DNA of 64,000 nt. Origin: a virus (Duplodnaviria; Caudoviricetes). Each line of letters starts with the position of its first letter. Position 1 is the first letter of the stretch. Both the position numbers and the translations under genes were made by a program. The notes beneath the pieces were generated by a model. The model was given only the letters and a program-made list of their open reading frames with translations, did not search any database and was not told the origin of the DNA. Shown piece after piece: positions 18,743 to 27,278 of this stretch. The DNA lies in the IMG/VR virus record IMGVR_UViG_3300035208_002115. One strand, 5' to 3'.

Positions 18743-18884
18743 TTTCTGGTTTAACATTACCATGTTCGTCTACCTGTATGATATTACCAAATTCATCTTT
18801 AGATGTAAACCACGCTCCACTTGTTCTATAAATATGGTCGTATTCTGTATCGGAAATTATATTCCCCCATTCGTCTTTTGGCAT
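18735..18884 (-). CDS. 49-aa protein with three DExGN(I/V) repeats
   Basis: Manual translation MPKDEWGNII...KDEFGNIIQVDEHGNVK. Confidence 0.6.
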   Translation of the reverse strand: MPKDEWGNIISDTEYDHIYRTSGAWFTSKDEFGNIIQVDEHGNVKPEND

Positions 18885-19023
18885 AGTATTAGTCTTTATA
18901 ATTTTTCGCTTCCCAAATTGTATTATATATACCTAATTCTTTTATTTCGGCTAAAATGATTAAAGGTTCTTTTCTTACCCCTCTTTTTCGCCCCGTCTTA
19001 GAATCTTTATTACTTACCATATC

Positions 19024-19257
19024 TCAAATTAGTTGATATACCGATTCAACATGTTTTTCCAACTCATATTTAGATGTGTGAGCTATAAACTTTTTTAATT
19101 TATCTTTACTTTCAAATAAAGAATTAAAAGTGGTGGGTGTGAACGTATAAGTTTTTTCAACACCAAAATCAAACTTAATTGTTATGGTATGGTCATCTGA
19201 ATTATCTTTAAAAGATAAAACATTTAGACTTTTTAACAAAATACTTGATATTTTCAT
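19024..19257 (-). CDS. Hypothetical protein
   Basis: ORF track, operon-like packing. Confidence 0.6.
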   Translation of the reverse strand: MKISSILLKSLNVLSFKDNSDDHTITIKFDFGVEKTYTFTPTTFNSLFESKDKLKKFIAHTSKYELEKHVESVYQLI

Positions 19258-19264
19258 AATAGTT

Positions 19265-19519
19265 CTATTTAATTGTTTTCTCTTTTTCTAATTTTTCGTT
19301 GATAGCATCAATAATCCATTGACCTAAATTATCCTGAAAGGCTTCCGCTTTTTCCATATCGATACGTCCACCATTGAGCATGAAAAGATTCTGGATAGCA
19401 CCCCAGCCTCTTAAATCTGCTATCAATTGATGACTACCATGTTTATTTACACCAAATATCATTTGACCCATTTGGTCATAAATGACTTTTTCACCTATAA
19501 ATTCTGTTATTGTAGCCAT
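19265..19519 (-). CDS. Hypothetical phage protein
   Basis: ORF track; ADLRGWGAIQNLF motif. Confidence 0.7.
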   Translation of the reverse strand: MATITEFIGEKVIYDQMGQMIFGVNKHGSHQLIADLRGWGAIQNLFMLNGGRIDMEKAEAFQDNLGQWIIDAINEKLEKEKTIK

Positions 19520-19524
19520 ATAAA

Positions 19525-20160
19525 TTATTTTTTAGAATGGTTAATAAACAAATCTGTCATCTTATCCATTAAATCATCGAAGAAATAATAATTGAAATTA
19601 TCAGTATTTATCTCACTGATAATGATATTATGTTTCATTCGCATATATGAGATAAATGTATTATAAAGGAATTCATTAGTATTTCCTTCAAAAAATTCTA
19701 TTTTCTGATTTGAATTTTTAGATTTTTCAGATAATTTAAGACAGATACGTATACTATCAACACTATCCAACCCATAAAAATCAATATGTTTTTTATCTGC
19801 CGTAGCCAAAGCCATTATTTCTTTTTCAGATAATTCTTTTAATATTTCTTCATAATTATCGGGATTCCATTTCTTTATAAGATATAATCCTTTGTCTTGA
19901 AGTTGTTTTTTAGATGGTTTTTTCTCAATCTTCTGAGAAGAATAACTATTTATTAATTTAACAATCTGTTCAAAGGTGTCTATCCCATCACTATTTATAA
20001 CATCTGGATTTATTGAACCAAGAACTGCTAAATTATAAGGTTCTATTCTCTCTATGATTTTTTTATATATTTTCGGATGCCATTTTTCAAGCAAAACTTG
20101 TCCTTTTTTACATCTTTCCTCGAAAATATATTTATTCTTTAATTCATCGTCAAAAAACAT
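19525..20160 (-). CDS. Hypothetical protein with internal duplication
   Basis: KGQVLLEKWHP...GIDT repeated as KGLYLIKKWNP...GLDS. Confidence 0.65.
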   Translation of the reverse strand: MFFDDELKNKYIFEERCKKGQVLLEKWHPKIYKKIIERIEPYNLAVLGSINPDVINSDGIDTFEQIVKLINSYSSQKIEKKPSKKQLQDKGLYLIKKWNPDNYEEILKELSEKEIMALATADKKHIDFYGLDSVDSIRICLKLSEKSKNSNQKIEFFEGNTNEFLYNTFISYMRMKHNIIISEINTDNFNYYFFDDLMDKMTDLFINHSKK

Positions 20161-20163
20161 ATC

Positions 20164-20325
20164 TTAATCCTTTAATATTTCTTCAATTTTTAATTTTCGT
20201 AATTTATTTCTATTCACCGTTTCATAAACACCATTTCTACGTATAATAATTTCATTGTTTGATACGTGAATATCAGCGTTCCAATCGTACTCATCTGGTG
20301 AATAATATTTCTTTTTTTTACTCAT
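20164..20325 (-). CDS. 53-aa protein with RxxKI tag (not in ORF track)
   Basis: MSKKKKYYSPDEYDW...NKLRKLKIEEILKD. Confidence 0.65.
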   Translation of the reverse strand: MSKKKKYYSPDEYDWNADIHVSNNEIIIRRNGVYETVNRNKLRKLKIEEILKD

Positions 20326-20519
20326 TCTACTTTAAACAATGGGTCATAATCATCACAAAAATTATCCAGACAATATAAACCACGACCATCATCTCCATAA
20401 TCAACTAAAATATTATGCACATCTGAACACTCAGTAATCACACCTGTGATTCCATCACCATCTATAACTTTCATCCCATTATAGATATCTTCTATTGATA
20501 ATTCTTTTTTATTATTCAT
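20322..20519 (-). CDS. Hypothetical protein
   Basis: ORF track; TATATTTG at 20531-20538. Confidence 0.65.
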   Translation of the reverse strand: MNNKKELSIEDIYNGMKVIDGDGITGVITECSDVHNILVDYGDDGRGLYCLDNFCDDYDPLFKVE

Positions 20520-20560
20520 AATGATACTAACAAATATATTAAAAAATCAATTACTACTTA

Positions 20561-21859
20561 TTAAAACATCACATTTTTATGAATGTCTGATTTAGCATCC
20601 AAATTAAATATTTCATGTATAGCAATATCCGCATTATTATTCTTTAAACAAATATTTTGAATTTTACTCATAGAATATTCATTATTATATTTAACATCTT
20701 TCAAGAAACCATTTAATTTCACTTCGTAAAACAGTTCAATATATTCTTGAATTAAATATTTATCTGGATTATCAATTTCAATTTTAACATCCATCCGTCC
20801 GTCTCTTAATAAAGCTGAATCCAATTTGCTAAAGAAATTAGTGGTTACTATAACAATTAAACCGTCTTGTGAAAGAACGCCATCTAAACATTGAAGAAAA
20901 TTAGAAAATGTCAAATTTTTTAAAATGGAATCTCTACCATCAAATATAGCATCAATATCTTCAATAAGTAATACTGCATCATTATCCATTTTATTCAAAG
21001 CATATCGTAAGTCACCGTCTTTTAAATCATTCATAGCTAACATATATAATTTTTTATTATATTTTCGAGCTATTGCCAATGCAGTAGAGGTTTTCCCATT
21101 GCCGGGTGTCCCATGTAATAAGTATCCTCTTTTATAGGGTATACACCTTCTTGAATACCATTCTCTGTTATTTGAGAACCGTTCTAAATCATTTATGATT
21201 AAATCTTTTTTATCTTTATTAAGAATAATATGATTTATATCTTTTGGCTTAATGGTTTTACTATCCCGTGTATACCAATCACCATAATTATTGTTAACGT
21301 ATACATTGATTATACCAGAATCTATTGCTGGTTTAAATTGTTGATTATACTCAACAATTTCATTTAATAACATTGTTAATTTATTTTTATAAAAAAATAT
21401 TTTTAATTTATAAGAACCAAAAAATAAAGAAAATAAATCCTTGGCGTGTTCAATTTTATCTCTATTTTTAGATATTGTTATTAAAGATTTTTTATATCGT
21501 ATAAAAATAACATCAGCATATTGTCTATAATATATTTTATCTTCTTTTATTTTTTCACTATTATAATATGGGGTCTCATTTTGGGGATTTTGACCTGTTA
21601 ATAATTGTCTTTCTGATAACGATGCAACCACATTTCTATATTGTTTTGGATAATTAAAATTCAACCACCTTTCAAAATAAGTATATAATTCATCAGTTTC
21701 TTCAATTGAAATTTCAAATACAACCTTTCGAGTAATTCTTTTCCAAAGAAACAAACCGAAATTTTTGAATATTAAAAATACCCCAGCCAACGAGGATAAT
21801 ATTAAACCAGCACTTAGAAATTGATTCTGTAATAATTGTAAAAGGCTCGCTTTATCCAT
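20561..21859 (-). CDS. BCS1-like AAA+ ATPase with N-terminal TM anchor
   Basis: PYKRGYLLHGTPGNGKTS, LLIEDID, LDSALLRDGRMD. Confidence 0.85.
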   Translation of the reverse strand: MDKASLLQLLQNQFLSAGLILSSLAGVFLIFKNFGLFLWKRITRKVVFEISIEETDELYTYFERWLNFNYPKQYRNVVASLSERQLLTGQNPQNETPYYNSEKIKEDKIYYRQYADVIFIRYKKSLITISKNRDKIEHAKDLFSLFFGSYKLKIFFYKNKLTMLLNEIVEYNQQFKPAIDSGIINVYVNNNYGDWYTRDSKTIKPKDINHIILNKDKKDLIINDLERFSNNREWYSRRCIPYKRGYLLHGTPGNGKTSTALAIARKYNKKLYMLAMNDLKDGDLRYALNKMDNDAVLLIEDIDAIFDGRDSILKNLTFSNFLQCLDGVLSQDGLIVIVTTNFFSKLDSALLRDGRMDVKIEIDNPDKYLIQEYIELFYEVKLNGFLKDVKYNNEYSMSKIQNICLKNNNADIAIHEIFNLDAKSDIHKNVMF

Positions 21860-21871
21860 GTTTTCTTATTT

Positions 21872-23854
21872 TTATATTATATTCTTAAAATAATTTATTG
21901 TTTTAATTAATCCTTCTTCTAATGTTATTTTCGGTGTCCAGTTATCTAACTCTCTGTAAGCGAGTGATATATCAGGTTTTCTTTTTATTGGGTCATCTGA
22001 TGGTAAAGGTAAATTAATTATTTTAGAATCGGAATTGGTTAATTGAATTATTTTTTCTGCTAATTTTTTTATATTTATTTCATTCGGATTTCCTATATTG
22101 ACTGGCCCGATGAAGCTTTCAGGTGTATTCATCATACGTATCATACCTTCAATTAAATCATCAATATATTGAAAACTTCGTGTTTGAGAACCATTTCCAT
22201 AAATGGTTATATTTTCATTTTTTAATGCCTGAATAATAAAATTAGATACTACTCGACCATCATTTTTTTGCATGTTGATGCCATACGTATTAAATATTCT
22301 TATTATTTTAATTTTAGTATTATATTGACGATGATAATCCACGAAAAGTGTTTCAGCACAACGTTTTCCTTCATCGTAACAATTACCACAAAATACTGCT
22401 TTACCGTTTCTCCTAACATAAATTATATGGTTTTTAACATTTACACAGTATACATATCCTTCATACTTTTTAATTGTAGGTTTTGAATATTGGTGTGATT
22501 TTTCATTATTTATACAGGTCATACTTTTAGTTTTTCTACCAGTTGGGGTATTCTGTATATTACCATAACGACCTATTTTTAATAATAATTCTTGAACACC
22601 ATCTAATAATTTATCTGAAATAGAATAATAAATATGAGATGATTGAGTTGTAGTAATTTTAGAAGCATCACCATCCATCATCGCTTCATATAAAATATTT
22701 AATTGTCTCTTAGACAAATTTAAAAACTCTCTTGGTATAAATTTATCCTTTGATTTACCGAATGTTGATAAATATGTAAACAATTGTTTATTTTGAAAAA
22801 CAAAATAACTATTTCCAGATTTCGATATAGAATATTTTATATTTAATCGTGCTAAACAATTTTTAATTTTTTCAAAAACGATTGGATTCTTTAACTTTGA
22901 TTGCGAAATTTGGATTCTATATTTTTTAGTATGATAAGTTTTATTATTAACTATTTTAATAGCCTTTTGAAGATAAGTACAACCCTCAGTTAAAAAATAT
23001 CCCATAAATTCTAACCAATCATCCATTCTAACTTTATCCATAATTGGTATTTTACAATATTTTAAATTCTTAGTGTATTCTGGAAAATAAAAATATTCTT
23101 GTCCAATACCATCCCATTCACATGTTTTTAATAAATTCACATGTCTAAAATCATGTAAATATTCGGCCTTTTGAAACACAAATTCTTCATTTTGTCTATA
23201 TTTAACATACATATTATGATTTGGTGTAACAGATAAATCAATATTCCAATTTTTAAATGTATAAATATCACCTTCATATTGTTCTTTAATAATTTCATAT
23301 GGTTGGTAGTACTCTAATTTTTTTGTAATAGGATTTAAAGTTGCAATTTCATCCGTAGAATTTAAATGAGTAAAATATTTCCATCCAGTATTAGTTAATA
23401 TTTCAGTATCATCTGTATAGCAACTTCTAACACCGACTGGATTCACATTTCCCCAATAACTTTCAACTTGTGGGTGTATAAGAGGGTCACCATACACTTC
23501 ACTTGTAGAAGCTTGTAATATGGTGGCATTAACTTCTTTCGCCAAATTAAGCATATTAATAGCACCTAAAATTGAAGTATTTATAGTCTTAACTGGGTTG
23601 TATTGATAATGAACAGGTGATGCTGGACAGGCTAAGTTGTATATTTGGTCTACTTCAGCATGATATGGAATTGTAATATCATGTCTAACTAATTCAAACC
23701 TTGGATTATTTAATAAATTAAAAATATTTTTTTTATTACCAGTAAAAAAATTATCTAAACATATAACTTCATGACCTTGGTCAATTAATTTACTACACAA
23801 ATTAGAGCCAATAAACCCAGCTCCACCAGTAACTAAAATTTTTCTTAAAATCAT
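21872..23854 (-). CDS. uxs: UDP-glucuronate decarboxylase (UDP-xylose synthase, SDR family), intein-containing
   Basis: GGAGFIG, LACPASP, ASTSEVYGDP, YDEGKR, RIFNTYG, DGRVVSNF. Confidence 0.9.
   Translation of the reverse strand: MILRKILVTGGAGFIGSNLCSKLIDQGHEVICLDNFFTGNKKNIFNLLNNPRFELVRHDITIPYHAEVDQIYNLACPASPVHYQYNPVKTINTSILGAINMLNLAKEVNATILQASTSEVYGDPLIHPQVESYWGNVNPVGVRSCYTDDTEILTNTGWKYFTHLNSTDEIATLNPITKKLEYYQPYEIIKEQYEGDIYTFKNWNIDLSVTPNHNMYVKYRQNEEFVFQKAEYLHDFRHVNLLKTCEWDGIGQEYFYFPEYTKNLKYCKIPIMDKVRMDDWLEFMGYFLTEGCTYLQKAIKIVNNKTYHTKKYRIQISQSKLKNPIVFEKIKNCLARLNIKYSISKSGNSYFVFQNKQLFTYLSTFGKSKDKFIPREFLNLSKRQLNILYEAMMDGDASKITTTQSSHIYYSISDKLLDGVQELLLKIGRYGNIQNTPTGRKTKSMTCINNEKSHQYSKPTIKKYEGYVYCVNVKNHIIYVRRNGKAVFCGNCYDEGKRCAETLFVDYHRQYNTKIKIIRIFNTYGINMQKNDGRVVSNFIIQALKNENITIYGNGSQTRSFQYIDDLIEGMIRMMNTPESFIGPVNIGNPNEINIKKLAEKIIQLTNSDSKIINLPLPSDDPIKRKPDISLAYRELDNWTPKITLEEGLIKTINYFKNII
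22382..23422 (-). mobile_element. Intein (347 aa) with LAGLIDADG homing endonuclease
   Basis: Starts CYTDDTEIL after GVRS; block B VTPNHNM; FMGYFLTEG and MMDGDA; ends IYVRRNGKAVFCGN before Cys+1. Confidence 0.9.
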
Positions 23855-23937
23855 TCATAAAAACGTCTTTTTTGAACCGACACATATTAATATATAATTG
23901 TTTATATTTAAATGTCGATTTTCGCAATATTATATTA

Positions 23938-24093
23938 CTATACTAATTTCAATTCTTCAATCTTTTTCTTTCTTATATATCTTTTGTATTCATAATCATT
24001 CATAGTAACCCATTTACCATCAATTTCAAGGCAGAATGTAAAATCTTTTGTTGTAATATAAACACCAGATTTTTTATATTTAATCTTTTTCAT
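23938..24093 (-). CDS. Mini-ORF paralog A (51 aa), RxxKI tag
   Basis: ...EIDGKWVTMNDYEYKRYIRKKKIEELKLV. Confidence 0.7.
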   Translation of the reverse strand: MKKIKYKKSGVYITTKDFTFCLEIDGKWVTMNDYEYKRYIRKKKIEELKLV

Positions 24094-24256
24094 CGAAAAC
24101 ATTCAGTTCTTTTAGTTTTTGTTTCCTACTGTATTTTTTATATTCATGTTCATACATCCATACATATTTGTCACCTACTCGAACACAAAAAATGTTATAT
24201 CTTTTTCTTTCCTCAATCAATCTGAATATATCATCTAATAATTCTTTTTTAATCAT
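24080..24256 (-). CDS. Mini-ORF paralog B (58 aa), RxxKL tag
   Basis: ...RVGDKYVWMYEHEYKKYSRKQKLKELNVF. Confidence 0.7.
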   Translation of the reverse strand: MIKKELLDDIFRLIEERKRYNIFCVRVGDKYVWMYEHEYKKYSRKQKLKELNVFDEKD

Positions 24257-24417
24257 ACTAATTCGAGTTGTTCTATTTTAAGTTTTCTTATATATTGATT
24301 AAATTCAGTATAATTCATCACCACTGGTTTTCCTTTGATATCAACTATAATTCTATGTGAATAATATATATCACGAACTTCAACATTTGGCATAGTTATT
24401 TTATTGTTTTCATTCAT
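24253..24417 (-). CDS. Mini-ORF paralog C (54 aa), RxxKI tag
   Basis: ...DIKGKPVVMNYTEFNQYIRKLKIEQLELV. Confidence 0.7.
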   Translation of the reverse strand: MNENNKITMPNVEVRDIYYSHRIIVDIKGKPVVMNYTEFNQYIRKLKIEQLELV

Positions 24418-25123
24418 ATATAGTCTCTATTTTTTTCATTCGTTCCTTATCTATCGAATATAATCCATATTTTTTTTCCATTCTTTCTAACACTTGTTGA
24501 AAAGTTTCACCCTTTTCATATTTTACTGAAATATCAGTTATACCACCTTTATAAGAACCTCTACCTTTTCCAATATCAGTGGAAAAACTAACTGATAAAT
24601 CTTTATGTATTATAGGGAAAAATTTTAACCATTTAATTATTTTATATCTCCATTCTCTTTCTTCAACAGTTATAACAGCATCTACATCTATACTATTTCC
24701 GTTTTCTATTTTATATTTATATTTTATAACCAATTTCCATAAACTATTCATGTCATAATCATCTCTGTTAGTTTTATTATTATTAAACCACGTATTGTCT
24801 ATTAATAAATAACTGGTTCTAACCCATGTTTTATCCCAAAACATGTGTACAACTCTATTTTTTTCCCCAATACAAAACCACACCCCATTATCATGATAAT
24901 ATATACCATATTTTGGTGATTTATGACTATATATTTTGGAATTAAACGGAAGATGAATAAACAATTGACCAATTAGTGTGATTTGAATACATGGTCTTGC
25001 ATCAAAATATCCAGCCTTTTCATATATTAAAGCAAATCCACAAATAAATGGATAATAAGTTAACCATTTGGTTTTATATTCTTTTGGTTCACCGTATTTA
25101 TCTATTCTGAAATTTTTACCCAT
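24410..25123 (-). CDS. Hypothetical phage protein, RxxKI tag
   Basis: EEREWR, GKGRGSYKGG; ends ERMKKIETIYE. Confidence 0.75.
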   Translation of the reverse strand: MGKNFRIDKYGEPKEYKTKWLTYYPFICGFALIYEKAGYFDARPCIQITLIGQLFIHLPFNSKIYSHKSPKYGIYYHDNGVWFCIGEKNRVVHMFWDKTWVRTSYLLIDNTWFNNNKTNRDDYDMNSLWKLVIKYKYKIENGNSIDVDAVITVEEREWRYKIIKWLKFFPIIHKDLSVSFSTDIGKGRGSYKGGITDISVKYEKGETFQQVLERMEKKYGLYSIDKERMKKIETIYE

Positions 25124-25713
25124 TTTAAATCTTTTCTATTATCAATTTGACTATGACAAGTCTTACAAATAGTAGATATCCAAACTTTGGTGTGTCCAAC
25201 ATTTTTAGTTGTACCACAATATTCACATGTCATAAATGATTGGTGTTCAGCTAATGAAACCATACCATCTATTTCATCGTCACCGCCATCAAAATAAAAA
25301 CATAAACACCCAAATTTTTCTTTTATTTGTGTAACCCTAATAGATAAATGTGGCGTTTCTTTTCGTGATATTTTAAATAATAAATTACCAAAAAATTTTA
25401 AATATTTTTTTCGGTGATATTTTATTTTTTGAACGTACCGTCTCAAAATATAATTTTTTATTTGTGGACGACTATATTTATTGTGGTTATCAATATAACT
25501 TTTTATAGTACCCATTAAAGAGTCCAAAATAAAATACCAGCCTTCTCCACATTCAAATCCGAACTGCATCGGTACGACCATCTTTTTTTGTTTGGATAAT
25601 TTTTTAACACTATCAATGATATCATCAGATGTATAAATCGGTGTATCTTTATCCATATGGGTGAAGAACTCTGGATATTTAGATAATAAATTTATTTGTA
25701 GTTTAGAATTCAT
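25102..25713 (-). CDS. Conserved phage protein with C-terminal Zn ribbon
   Basis: FECGEGW, QIKEKFG, CEYCG...CKTCH. Confidence 0.75.
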   Translation of the reverse strand: MNSKLQINLLSKYPEFFTHMDKDTPIYTSDDIIDSVKKLSKQKKMVVPMQFGFECGEGWYFILDSLMGTIKSYIDNHNKYSRPQIKNYILRRYVQKIKYHRKKYLKFFGNLLFKISRKETPHLSIRVTQIKEKFGCLCFYFDGGDDEIDGMVSLAEHQSFMTCEYCGTTKNVGHTKVWISTICKTCHSQIDNRKDLKWVKISE

Positions 25714-25999
25714 ATAGTTCTTTTATTTTTAATTTTCTCATTTCAAATTTCAATATTCGTTCCGTTTCTTTTATATAATATTCCATCATATCATATGGAA
25801 CTGTTTTATTTTCAACATGCCAAAATGGATTTTCATCTGGACATTCAATATAAAAAATTTTTACAGAAACATTTTTAAAACGGTCGTTATCTAAATCATA
25901 CTTTTCTTTAGTACAAATTTTTACACATTCAAAGTGTATAGAACTAATACTAAAAATAAAATGTGGATAATGTTTATTTAAATATGCAAGTATGTCCAT
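25703..25999 (-). CDS. Hypothetical protein, RxxKI tag
   Basis: Ends MRKLKIKELYEF. Confidence 0.65.
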   Translation of the reverse strand: MDILAYLNKHYPHFIFSISSIHFECVKICTKEKYDLDNDRFKNVSVKIFYIECPDENPFWHVENKTVPYDMMEYYIKETERILKFEMRKLKIKELYEF

Positions 26000-26452
26000 T
26001 TATTTTAATTTTCCTACACCAAAGATATTATTTAATTTTTTAATTCTAATTTTTTTTATATCTTGTTTATTACAATATGCATCAATCGATATAATATCTT
26101 TAACATAAAAATCATTCCACATATTAAAACCTCCAGATAAAGCAGGTTTAAATACCACATCAGTATGTGATATTAATTCTTCTAATATTGTTCCGTATTT
26201 GGTCTTTAATATTGTAAGTTCTCCTTTAATACCATGTTTTGAAATTTTCTTAATAACAACTTTATGAGATATATCAGCTATATTCACCAAAAAATTTTTA
26301 TGCGGTTTATCATCACAAATACAACCGTAAAATTCTCTATTCTTTATTTTATTTTTTACTTTAGAAAAGCACTCATATGTTAAAATTTTACTCATAAACT
26401 GTGTTTCACCAAATATTACAACATCTATTAACATAAGATTTATATCCAACAA
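26000..26452 (-). CDS. Degenerate prohead-protease (T4 gp21-like) paralog, RxxKL tag
   Basis: VNIADISH, GELTILKTKYGTILEEL resemble gp21 INLxxVSH / GxxxILDTPxGxI; the SSRG catalytic block is absent. Confidence 0.5.
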   Translation of the reverse strand: MLDINLMLIDVVIFGETQFMSKILTYECFSKVKNKIKNREFYGCICDDKPHKNFLVNIADISHKVVIKKISKHGIKGELTILKTKYGTILEELISHTDVVFKPALSGGFNMWNDFYVKDIISIDAYCNKQDIKKIRIKKLNNIFGVGKLK

Positions 26453-26485
26453 TCCAATTTTAGTTTAAAAAAAATGAGGAAATTT

Positions 26486-26719
26486 TTATTTCCTCATTGC
26501 GTAAGCTGGTGCATTTTTCCAATACGATTTTCCATCTTTTGCCATAGACCAAGTATCTAATACTTCTCTCATCCGAAATGGTAATTTGTCATATTCTTCT
26601 TGGTTCATTAAGGTTCTAACCCTCGCACGAAACATTTGATGACACATTTTTTTATCTTCTTTTTCAGAAGTTGAACACGAATGACCAGTTACAGGTGTTT
26701 TACGATATGAACGTGACAT
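26486..26719 (-). CDS. Small basic conserved protein
   Basis: MSRSYRKTP...SEKEDK...MAKDGK. Confidence 0.7.
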   Translation of the reverse strand: MSRSYRKTPVTGHSCSTSEKEDKKMCHQMFRARVRTLMNQEEYDKLPFRMREVLDTWSMAKDGKSYWKNAPAYAMRK

Positions 26720-26798
26720 AAATATGTAAATTATTTTTTTACATCATCACGCACCCCCAGCTCTTTTTAATTTTTAAATATGTTTTCATATTATTTTT

Positions 26799-27194
26799 TT
26801 ATTTTTTATTTTTTGTTTCTTTCACTTCTTTTGGAATATATTTAAAAGGTATCATTAAAATAGACTGATAATCTTCCCCAGCATCTCTCATACCATCATC
26901 ATCTTCTTCATAATACCATTCTATTTCAAATGGAATGTTATAAATTCGTTTTAAAGTTTCTAATTTACGGAACAAATCTAATAAAATTTTAGATGTAACT
27001 GTATTAAAAAACTCTAAATCTACTTTCATAATAGTAGCTTTACGTTCTTCTTTAATATAAACACCAACAGCATCCATAATGGGCTTGAAAAAGGCCATTG
27101 CATCCACAACTTTTGAAATGCCTGATATTTCAATAGTTCCCTTTTTTTCATTTAACTCAAAATAAGGAGTTATGTCAGTTGCATTTATTTTCAT
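26799..27194 (-). CDS. SiaC/DUF1987-family regulatory protein
   Basis: TPYF, ISGIS, LEFFNTVTSK, WYYEEDD..MRDAGEDY. Confidence 0.8.
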   Translation of the reverse strand: MKINATDITPYFELNEKKGTIEISGISKVVDAMAFFKPIMDAVGVYIKEERKATIMKVDLEFFNTVTSKILLDLFRKLETLKRIYNIPFEIEWYYEEDDDGMRDAGEDYQSILMIPFKYIPKEVKETKNKK

Positions 27195-27278
27195 ATATAA
27201 TTTTTCTTTTTAATTATATATTAAATACCAAAACTGAAATAAATCCTTACTTATGTAACTACTATTAAATCTAACAAA

